Source: Octopus bimaculoides (taxonomy: Eukaryota). Taken from it: 46,455 nucleotides of DNA. The translations under genes and the position numbers were made by a program. The notes below the pieces were generated by a model. The model did no database searches. It saw nothing but the letters and a program-made list of their open reading frames with translations, and had not been told where the DNA came from. Below, in pieces: positions 23,701-35,791 of this stretch (position 1 is its first letter; each line of letters opens with the position of its first letter). The DNA is taken from the NCBI RefSeq assembly GCF_001194135.2, contig NC_068982.1, positions 134,534,191-134,580,645 on the forward strand, in the 5' to 3' direction.

Positions 23701-26700
23701 GAGTAGGAGGTACGTTGATTACATCAACCCCCAGTACTCAAATGGAACCCAAAATGATAAAAGGCAAAGTTGACCTTAGTGAATTTGAACTCAGAACGTA
23801 GTGACAGACAAAATGCCACTAAGCATTTTGCCCAGCATGCTAATGATTCTGCCAACTTGCCGCCTTAGAATCATACAGAAATATTCTTTTCTACTATAGG
23901 CACAAGGTACTTAATTTATAGACTCCGAAAGGATGAAAGGCAAAGTCAACCTCGGCGGAATTTGAACTCAGAACATAAAGACAGAGGAAATAACGCAAAG
24001 CATTTCGCCCAGCGTGCTAACGTTTCTGCCAGCTCGCTACCTTGGACCAAACATAAATATTAGCAGAGGTTTTGGTTTTCTCGTGAGCCCATCTTAATTA
24101 TCTTTTATTTCAGTCATTAGACTGTGCCTATTCTGGGGCACTGCCACGAAGAATTCTTTGTCAAATGAATCGACCCCAGTACTTATTCCCCCGATCCCTT
24201 TTGCAAAGTTATGGGGACTTAAAACACAGCAATACTGGTTGCCAAGCAATGGTGGCACACATACACACATGATGGGCTTCTTTCAGTTTCCGTCTACCAA
24301 ATCCACTCACAAGGTTTTGGTTGGCCCGAGGCTATAATGAGAGACACTTGCCCAAGCTGTCATGCAGTGGGACTGAACCCAGAACCACGTAGTTGGGAAG
24401 CAGGCTTCTTACCACACAGCCATGCCTGCGCCTATGGTATAGATATACATGAAGATGAAATTATGATTAAGGTAAAATTACAAACAAATGATTAAATATT
24501 AAGTAAATTAAACAAAAAAAATTAAATGCTTATAACATTAATGCACAATATGCATGTGTGTGTGTGTGCGTGTACATGCATACACATATATAAATACGCT
24601 CAAACCATACTAGCATGGAATGCAGAAATAAAATGATGATGATGTGTGTGTGTATTGTCGGAGAAGAAAACATAAAAAGCTATCAGGAATGACGACAACA
24701 AGAAGAACAAACAGTTTCAAGCTAAACAAATCTAATCTCAGTCAAAGATAAGATGTTCCTCATTTTTTTAAAATTAATTGGAATATCAGCTCCTGATATG
24801 GTTAACGACCTATGCAGTATAACAGTAACAGAACTAAGTTCCAATTTGCTTAACAGTAAGTTTCATTTAATAAGCTTGCAGGGTGCCAAAGCTTGGAGGT
24901 GAGTCTGGTGGCCAGTGCCGAGATACAGCACAGGCTTCAGTGTTTTCCCTTCTTCAAATGTCAATTTGTAAGAAAAGCAAAAACAACAAATTTTGCCTCA
25001 AGAAGGATGGGCAAAAAGAGAGAGAGAGAGAGAGAGATAGAAAGAGAGTGATGAGTGATGGTGGTAAGAGGTTGTATGGTTAAAGATGTGTTTTCTTTAC
25101 AGAATTATCAAAACTTCTGCTAAGGTTAATGAAGAAATGATTGCTTTCTAATCAGGAGTTAAGATAAATGAGTAAAATATATGCATATATAAATAAAACA
25201 TGAGAAATCTTAGAGTTACTCTGCAGCACAAATGTCACATATCAACCTTCAGCCCTCAGTGAAGTTGTAAAGTTTTGATCAGCCAAATACAAGAGGTATA
25301 GTTGATGTATGGTAAAGGTTGCTATATTACTGACCATATGGTCGTGAGTTCAAATACTGTTATAGCCAATGTTGTGTATATTGATTGCTGGTAGGAACAT
25401 TGTATTTCATTTTGCCATCATGAAATCAATACAATCACTTTTAACTTATCTCTATAAATTCTCAATAGAATTTAGTGCCAAAAGTAGGATACTTTTAAAT
25501 ACTTTAATATGTTTGGTAGTATATTAAGGTTGTTTAGGAAGGGCATCCAGCTGTAGAAACTCTGCCAAATCAGATTGGAGCCTGGTGTAGCCATCTGGTT
25601 CGCCAGTCCTCAGTCAAATTGTCCAACCCATGCCAGCATGGAAAGCGGACGTTAAACAATGATGATGATGATCCCTATGAGTAATTAATATGTATGGTGG
25701 CATGGGTTGGACAGTTTGACTGGGCTGGCACAGCCTACTGGCTTGCCAGTCCCCAGTCAAACCATCCAACACATGTCAGCATAGACAACGGACGTTAGAT
25801 GATGATGATGATGATGGTGATGATAATGATATGCTGTTTTAGAAGACCCGTCAAGCCAAGTGAAATCGTAGTCGTGGCTTATGCTGGTGGTATGGAAAAA
25901 AAGCACCTTTTGAGCGTTGGGCCTCACAGAGACAAAGTGGCCAAGACTTTTGGCATTATGCTGTGATTGAGAAGAAGACCCATCAAGCCAAGTTAAAAAA
26001 CCATCCTCCTCCTCTTTCAAAAAAATAAATGTGTGTGGAGAGAATCAGGCCTGTTTTTGATGATCCTCATTGGTGAGTCTAGTTTGTGACACTTTGTTAA
26101 GTTTTGTGATGCAAGGTGTATGTCAGAAGATTTTTCTCAATTTACACCCAATAGTTCAGTACAGCAATATGTAAATATTTATAAGCAATCACACCATGTG
26201 ACATCTTGGCCCAGTGTAGTTTCTATAGTCTTGGATTGACCAATAATCTGTGACTGAAATCGGGTAGATGAAAACTGTAAAGAAGCCCATTATATAAATT
26301 ATGCCAGTATTTTAAAAAGAACAGGCTCATCATGTGTTGTATAACATGGATTTCACTTGAGAATTATATTAAGGTTACAAATGTCGGCGGAATGACCAAC
26401 TTCTTAAATGTTCATTCAAAGAATATTTTGGTCGGCCAAACATCTGAATCCTCATCATGAAAACTGACAAACGTCCATCCAATCATTTGATTTTTAAGTT
26501 GAAAATGATGTTAGGATCAATGCTATTTGTCATTCTTCTAAGATTGGTGAAACACGTTTTGGTCATGACCTTGACAACTTGCAAACAATCACCAACACAG
26601 ACCCTCTACACACTACGGGTTAATGTGATGAATCAATATTGACAGCAGCTGTACAACAACAACAACAACACAAAATATTAAAATGCAGCAGGATTATTAA

Positions 26701-29700
26701 TTAATCTTTTTGAATGAGTTGCAAGACCAGTTTCACTGAAGAAAGTGTATAGTTGAAGCCCGCCACCGCTACCACCACCACCATCATCATCATCTGATGT
26801 CCCTTTTCCCATGCAGGCATGGACCGAATGGTTCAACAGGAGTTAGCAAACTGGAGAGCCACACCAGGCGTTGGTTGTCTGTTTTGTCATTGCTTCAATG
26901 GCTGGATGCCCTTCTTAATGCCAACCATTTTACAAGGTGTGCTGGGTGCTTTTTTATGTGGCACCAGCAATTCCAGTCAATCCGTCTAACTCGTGCCAGC
27001 ATAGAAAGCAGACATTAAATGATGATGGTGATGATATATATATAACCAAATATATNNNNNNNNNNTATATATATATATGGTTAATGAGCTGTGTTTTCTT
27101 TGTCTTTTTTAGCTCTTCATTGTCTCCTAATCCCACATCACAAAGTTTGGAATGTTTTATTACATGTGTGAAGGTCAACTGTATCTGTGATGACAAATCT
27201 AATTTACAATGGTAATTTACTGATGATTCTTCTGTTCCGTGTTTGTGTATATTTCTCATTGTCAGCTCTAAGCATTACTCACTTCCTTTATTACCAAACA
27301 TTAAACAATCTCCCTGTGTTATTTGTTCCACCTATGACCTTTGTCTTTTCTCCACGGAATTCTTCTCATTCTATCCCCCCTGTTATTGTCCACTTAAACA
27401 AATATTTGAAAATTCTCATTATTCTTTTTAACCCTGACTTGCTACTTAGAATATGTTGATCTGAAAAGAAACACAAAGACAAAACATACAAAATATAAAC
27501 AAAACTTGATAGTTTATTTTATTTTTTTTTAATGTTTGTCCCACCTGGTTTGGAAGCAAGCATCTGCACCACAACCATGCCAGCACTAATATATAGAGAA
27601 ACGAGGATGGACATGCAATAAAGAAAAGATTAGTTTACATACGCGACATGAGGGAACGATTCCAGCTTGGATCCAATAGAAAGTAAATTTATAGCTGCAT
27701 GTACTTCATTGCGATCAGACGACAAGAATCCCTTTGATAAGAATTGCACAATATTGGAATTCTGAAAGCATAATTAATTACATTTAGGAAATACTAAAAT
27801 ATATATTTTAGAGGAATGAAAAATACACAGGTTTGAATTGATTTATCTAATGATCTAATATGATTTCAAAGATGTTCAGAAGTGTTTCTATCATCATCAT
27901 CATCATCATTTAACGTCCGCTTTCCATGCTGGCATGGGTTGGACAGTTTGACTGAAGATTGGCAAGCCAGGAAGCTGCACCAGGTTGCAATCTGATCTAG
28001 CAATGTTTCTACAGTTGGATGCCCTTCCACTCCAAAAGTTTAGTTGGTGCTTTCATGTGCCACCATCACAGGGAGCCAGTCAGGGGGCACTAGTATCGAC
28101 CCATGCTCAAATAGTACTTATTACGTGCCACCAGCATGGGTGCCAGTCAGGTGGCACTGGCCACAACTACAATTTCGATTTTACTTGACTCAACAGGTCT
28201 TCTCAAGCAAATGATATCACCCGACACTTCAAGGGTACTTTTAAATGGGCCGGTCGTGCAACGCTGGCATCGGCCATGGCTGCGATCTCACTTTACTTGC
28301 CGGGTCTTCCCAGTCACAGCATATCTCCAAAAGTCTTAATCTCTTGGAATCAAAAACTGTTCTAAGACCCAAATGCTATAAAATACAGGGAATATGTTTA
28401 AGAGTTAGAATTCATTTGCAAATGTTGAAGAAATAATTTTGAATTCCATGGTCTCTTTGATAAGAGATTTCTACAAAAGACTTGGGTTGAGTGTCGGTTT
28501 GCAATTTAGTACTATACCAAACATCAATGAAACAACTACAAAGTGAATATGTTACCTATTTTAAGCCAGACTATTTGAGTGAGCGGAGTTAGTGTCAAAA
28601 CTGGTCTTAAAGACACAATACAATGCCTTTTGTAAATTTCAACAATGACAATGGTCACCATAATAACAATAATAATCATTGTTGTCATCATTTAACCCTT
28701 TTGTTACTGTATTTCTGTTGAGATGTTCTGTGTTTCTTTCAATTAATTTTAAATATAACAAAGAGTATAGTAAAATAACTCAGTTATCATTCAGCTAGTG
28801 TTAGGAACATAAATTGTGACTAAGGTTTGGTGGAAGATTTTAATTCAAAACTTATGAAAACAAGACATTTGTACTCAGAGCCAGAGCCGGTTTCAGCTGG
28901 GTTGGTAACGAAAAGGTTAATGTCCCTTTTCCAGGATATATTGAGGTAGATTTTCTACAGCCAGATGCCCTTCATGTTGCTAACCTTCATTTGTTTCCGG
29001 GCAATACAATATTTCCCTATGGCCAGACATATTTTTCATGGAAGACAAGAAATGAACAATATTGCTGCTATGACAATTATACTCACTTGCAACCGTTACA
29101 TGATGTCTAGATAAAGATAAACACAAACACACACATACATATTCAGTTTCCATCTAGCAAATTCACACACAAAACTTTGGTGGGCCCAAGCCTATAGTAG
29201 CCTATTGCCAAGGAACACCACTACTCATATAATAGTTTCAAATTTTGGCACATGGCCAGCAAATTTGGGGGAAGGGGCAAGTTGATTACATTGAGCCTAG
29301 TTCTTGATTGTTACTTATTTTATCGACACCAAAAGGATGAAAGGCAAAGTTGACACTTGTGGAATTTGCACTTAGAGTGTAAAGATGGACAAAACGTTGC
29401 TAAGCATTTTGCCCAGCATGTTAACAATTCTGCCAGCTCACTGCCTTCACCATTCATGTAATGATGATCGGTATTTACACTTAGCATGAAATGTTAAGTC
29501 AAGAAGACACATAACACATCATACATATACATTCTCTCTCTCTCCCTGTGTAAGTGTGTGGGTGGGGTAGCAGGCTTTTTTTTAGTTTCTTATTTCTTTG
29601 TTGCCCACAAGGGGCTAAACATAGAGGGGACAAACAAGGAGAGACAGAGGGATTAAGTTGATTACATCGACCCCAGTGCATAACTGCTACTTAATTTATT

Positions 29701-32700
29701 GACCCCGAANNNNNNNNNNNNNNNNNNNNNNNNNNNNNNNNNNNNNNNNNNNNNNNNNNNNNNNNNNNNNNNNNNNNNNNNNNNNNNNNNNNNNNNNNNN
29801 NNNNNNNNNNNNNNNNNNNNNNNNNNNNNNNNNNNNNNNNNNNNNNNNNNNNNNNNNNNNNNNNNNNNNNNNNNNNNNNNNNNNNNNNNNNNNNNNNNNN
29901 NNNNNNNNNNNNNNNNNNNNNNNNNNNNNNNNNNNNNNNNNNNNNNNNNNNNNNNNNNNNNNNNNNNNNNNNNNNNNNNNNNNNNNNNNNNNNNNNNNNN
30001 NNNNNNNNNNNNNNNNNGCGGTGGCGGTGGAGACGGTGGTGGTGGTACAAACAATGTTGTTTATTTGCAACCTTCAATGAAAACCTTCCTGGCTATTGTG
30101 CTGTTCATGTTTGAAGGACTGAGAAATATTACCTTGACTGGAAACAGGTGAGAGAGCACCTGGCCATAGAAAATCTGCCTTGACAAATTTCATCTGACCA
30201 TCTATGCAAGCATGGAAAAAAAAAACATGAAAACACTGATGATGACAATGTTTATGATGATTATTAGAAGGAGGTTGAAGACCACGGGAATTCAGGATTG
30301 TTTGAGGAAACTTTTATAGGCTAGTAGCTTGGTTACCATTATAGAAAGAGTTCTAAATCTGGGGAAATGGTCTGTAGTCCAAGTATTAACATTGCAAAGG
30401 TCAACATGCTAATTTAGATCAGAAGTCCTAGTGCCATTGAGGAAGTGGTTTTGTTCAGTATGTAGGAAGGAAGGTGGAACTTGACTCTATCTATTCACAA
30501 CTAAACAACGAATAAACAAATAAGATTTCTGGCAAACTGACAGAAAAGTAAGAGTTTAGATATATCAGAGGAGTAGCTAGCATTATAATCACTGTTGAAA
30601 TGAAATCTCAGACAGCTGTCTCATTAGATGTAGCTGTTAAGTTTTTTGTTGATGTTGACAGTAAATGCTTTCCCTGTGAGGGAAAAGTTGTTCTGTATGA
30701 AGCATAAGTAAAACTTGTGACATGGAGCCATGAACTTTAAATAAAGAAAATCTATGAAGGATGGAGAGAAATGAGTCAAGCGTGATTCAGTGGATGCTAA
30801 CTTGTATGAGAAGCTGACAGATCATCATCGTCGTTGTTTAATGTCTGCTTTCCATGCTGGCATGGGTTGGACGGTTTGACTGAGGACTAGTAAACCAGAA
30901 GGCTGTACCAGGCTGTTTCTACAGCTGGATGCCCTTCCTAATACCAACCACGCTGAGAGTGTAGTGGGTGCTTTTTACATGTCACTGGCATGAGGGCCAG
31001 CAGGCGGTACTTGCATTGACCTTGCTTGAATGGTGCTTTTCATGTACCACCATCATGGGAGCCAGTCAAGTGGCACTGGCAGCAACCACGCTTGGATGGT
31101 GCTTTTTACATGCCACTGGCATGGAACCAATCAGGCAGCACTGGCATCGACCACACTTGAATGGTGTTTTGTACCTGACACTGGCACAGGTGCTAGTCAG
31201 GCTGTACTGGCATCAGCCACAACAATGACTTCACTTGACTCAACAGGTCTTCGCAAGCACAGTTTATTGCCCAATGATTGAAGGGTTCTCTTAAATGGGC
31301 CAGTTATGCTCCACTGGCATAGGCCACAGTTACGGTTTCATTTGGCTTGTGGGGTTTTCTCAAGCACAACATATCTCCAAAGTCTCAGTCACTTGTCATC
31401 GCCTCCTTGAGGCCCAACGTTCGAAGGTCATGCTGGAGCCTGGTGCAGCCTCTCAGCTTACCAGCCATGGTCAAACTGTCCCAACCCATGCCAGCATGGA
31501 GAATGGATTCTAAATGATGACGATGATGATGTAATTTTCATAGTAGAATTGACAAGAAATTCAGAAATTTGAACCTTTAACCACTCAGTTCTCTCCTCAG
31601 TTACACAGTCTATAATTGTATTCTATTGCCAGGCCATCATTTTGCTTTTAAATGTAGAGCTCTTCCATCAGTCAATGTTGACCATGCACATGAATGTATA
31701 GGCTTGAGCAAGACTTTCCAGAACAACTAGTCATTGTTCATGCATGCAAGTCTCTTCTTTCAATATCATTAAAGTTTATCCAAGAGAAAAGTTCAATGAC
31801 TTGGACTGGCACAGCTTGACACCAATCTTATCCCAGACATAGCTGTTGGAATACAAAGATCCAGAATAGATACCAAATTCCTGATTTTCTAACAGTTCCA
31901 TTGCCTTGGATTGGTAGTTTTTCCTTTTTCTTCTTTCCAACTTCAAAAGAAGGGAAAAACAAAGCTGATTTCAGTGGGATTTAAACTCAGAGTGAAAAGG
32001 TTCATATCAAATATGACGTATTCTATTCAACACTAACAGTTCTGCCAAATTTTCCACCTTTGTTTATAAATACAGATGATCAATGTAAGCATAAAGATAA
32101 AACATGTTTCATCGAGTCAAAGAAGTGAGGGAAAACATTTGTAGAACTATTCATGATTACTTCCATTGTGAGAAAAAAATGGGGGAAACCCCCCCAAATC
32201 AAATGAAGTTTAAAAGAAGGAACTTTTGATTGAACTGAGGTTTTAAAACCCCAGATTTGAGTAGCTGGTAAATCCTAAAAGGTAACAAATCTATGTAAAA
32301 ATAAGACTACTTTCAAAAAATTGCTTTATAGAGTTTTCCGTACACATTTCACATAAGCATTAAGGAAAATTAATTTAGGGATGAAATAAGCTTATTTTTA
32401 AAATTCTTTTGCTATCAAACAACCTGAGACTGTCCCTAGTTCTATGATACAAACCCTGTGTTTAAAAGTGATCTAAATGAAAACCAGCCATCAAAATTTC
32501 AGGCTCCTTTATGTTTCAAACACCTTAACTCTGGCAGTTATTCTACTAAATTCTTTATTATTTTGAAAATTAACTGAAATGACAGCAGTTTATTTCAACA
32601 TAACTATAGTAACAAAAGGATTAATCTTGTCAGAGAAGTTATATATAAAATTGAAGAGGGCAAAATCAAAGTTTACTCAGAAGCAGAGAGAGATTTACAA

Positions 32701-32797
32701 AAAGAAATATGGTTAACTTGATAGAAAGATAAAGAGTAACAGAGAGATGGAGAGAGAGGAGAGTGGGAGAAAGACAGTAAAAGACAAAGCACACAAA

Positions 32798-32829
<32 letters not shown>

Positions 32830-32960
32830 GGCTAATGCATAACAACTCCTTTTACCTGCATGACATTTTCAAAGAAGGATTTTACTGTAGGCACATTAAT
32901 GAACGACAAGAAATTCAATACACACAACACCAATGATACACTGAGGTCACTGTGGAATAG

Positions 32961-33017
<57 letters not shown>

Positions 33018-35757
33018 TAAATTGCGAAATTAAACATCCACACCCACATATGTGTAAACGATGACAAATTCTAAACGAGATGAAAAAACAATCTATTAAA
33101 CATACAAGAGGAGTTGACAGATGGAAGAAGCAAATTCATTTGATGAACTCACCCCCAGTTCTGACGTTTGGCATCTTTTCTGGTGTGATTCATAGAGAAG
33201 TTGGTGTTGTTGAAGTGAAACTCTAACAGCTGGTGGAAATCTTCAACTTGCAAATAGGATAACATTTTTTCAACAAACATGCTTTCTTGGCAGATATGTT
33301 GAACCTGTTAAGGCTGGTTAGAACAACTTAGGATTCAAAAACAACATGCATTACAAATGTATATACATTTTAATGACAAATAAACAAATTTCATGAATAC
33401 ATAGTGAGTGAGAATTTCAGTGAAGAATATTTTATTCGTAACTTAAGTAAACATGTGGAAATAATGGAATAGCAGAATAGGGAAGTTGATCAAGAACTGA
33501 AAAATTGTTATAACCAGTCTAGTGGTGGTCAGTTTGTGGGGCTGCTAGAGAATTGGATAAAATACATTACAATATTTGTTGTGCTCTGAAATCAAATCCT
33601 GTTATAGTCAATTGTGCTTTTTATCATTTCAGAGTTGATTCAGAAAGTACCAGCTCAGTTCTGGCACAACCATTTCTCCAGCCAGCCATCGCATCTTGGA
33701 CGTTGTGCTAGTTCAAGAGTGTGAGGGCTGTGAAAGGCGTTACATCTGTTATCATTATCATTTAACATCCGATTTCCATGCTGGCAAGCTGGAGAACTAT
33801 GCCAAGCTCTATTGTCTGTTTTGGCATGGTTTCTATGGCTGGATGCCCTTCCTAGTGCCAACTGCTTTACAAAGTGTACTGGGTGCATTTTTTGTGACAC
33901 TAGTACTAGTAGGGGTCACCAAGTACCTTGTGAGACAGAACAAAGTCCCTTTGAAAGCATGGTATGCGCTATACCAAGCCATCCTTGATTCCAAGTGATG
34001 GCTGTAGTGTTTGTTAGCTTAGCTTACACAATCCATGCATGGCAAAATATACCAGTCCATCTCAGATAACATTCTTCTATGATCTGATATCTCTACTAGA
34101 GCTTGGCAAACAGAAATCCGTAGAACTAAATGTTTACTATCCAAATACACAATAAAATACCTGTAGTGTGTCTGAACTCAAAACCCTTTCTACTAGCTTG
34201 TGATACTGCTTCAAATGAAACTGTTATGGTGTGAAGCACAGCCAGTGAAATCTCATCACAACACTGCTATTTCATGATACTCTATCTATCCAGTAAAATA
34301 TTTTTGCTTGCATCTTATTTGTTTATCTATTGACATCTGTATTGTTTATGCTCGCATAGGTTAGGCATATTACTTAGGCACTCACTGTTTTACAGTCAGA
34401 CGTCCATCCACTTGATAATCCCAAACTGGTTTTCAAAGGATTTTTCATTCTATTTGTCTTTGAAAGTGCAGAGCTACAGGATCATTTTGTTATGGAATGT
34501 AAACAAACATCACTGTTTTTAACTTTTGTGTGGAGCAAGAAATGTAGCATTCACATACATACGAGTTTGATTACATTTGTGTGTCTGCAAAAATCACTCA
34601 GCTATGTGTGGTAACATTGCTGTCTTTTCCCCTATCAATGAGTCATCTGTTGGCTTTGCGTCTTCAAAGGCATGTAGAATAAGATATTCCTTACTAGAAA
34701 AACAGGTAGGGGTTAGTGACAGTAAGAGCATTCAGCTGTAAAACAATGCCTCAATAATATATTCATTTAACCCATGCTAGCACAGAAAAAAACAAACGTA
34801 AAAGCAAACAAAACAATATATACACACCAGGCTTCCATATAGTTTCCAGCTATAAATTCCACTCAAAGCATTGCTCATCCCAAGGCTACTGTAGAAGACC
34901 CTTTTCCAAGGAGGCATGCAATGAGATGGAACTCAAAAACCAAATGGTAACAAAATAAAGTGTCTATCTACACAGCCATACCTGGTGAGTTGGACAAAAA
35001 ACAGATTTGTCAGATTGACATGTTTGGCTGATTAAATCAATCCCAGTTTAATATTACTGACATCGGTTTTATTGATCACTGTTGACACAATGACATGATG
35101 AACTGAGTTGCTGAAAGTAGTCAGTTGTACCTGTACAAAGTAGTTCTTTAGAGCTAACGAGGTTAAATACCATTAACACCAAAATGTCTTTGTTGAGGAA
35201 TAATATACAGTACCAGTGACAAACTGTTTTATTGTCTATGGATTATTTTCAAAAGAAATTATTTTTTACCATTTAGTCAGAAGGGAATGAAGGATGAAAG
35301 TACGAGCAAACCAGATGTCTGGCCCAAATGCTTGCATTGAAGTGGATTCCACTATATATAAAAAAAAAACAAACTACAGGCCTAGGTAGTGGTGGTAAAC
35401 TTAGCAACAATTTAAGTCTACCATCCAAGTAGGCTTTGGTGGCCAATCGGATACTCTAAAGATTGCTTTAGTCCACTGATCTAGACTGGTATTTTGTCAC
35501 ACCTGACCAATATCATGAGTGAATTTGATAGACAGAACGTGTAGAAGCCTATTCTCTCTCTGGCAGTTGTGGTGATTTGCTGCACTTGAAAAGACGTACA
35601 TTATTTACATTATTTAAATTAGACAGATATGTGTCCTCATCTTGTTTGTTGTTACCACAACATTTCAACTGATTTTCTCTCCAGCCTTCATCAGGTGTCC
35701 TTGTGGAATTTTTAAACCCAACTCTGGGTTCTCATTCCTAAGATATATTTTTGCAGA

Positions 35758-35791
<34 letters not shown>

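Noticed and set aside
26457-26642. 61-aa + strand ORF in unique DNA
   Set aside because: Short, with no recognisable motif or splice signals.
34028-34101. 74-nt AG...GT bounded exon-like segment inside the U12 intron
   Set aside because: It would need hybrid U12/U2 splicing, shifts the frame and has no homology support.
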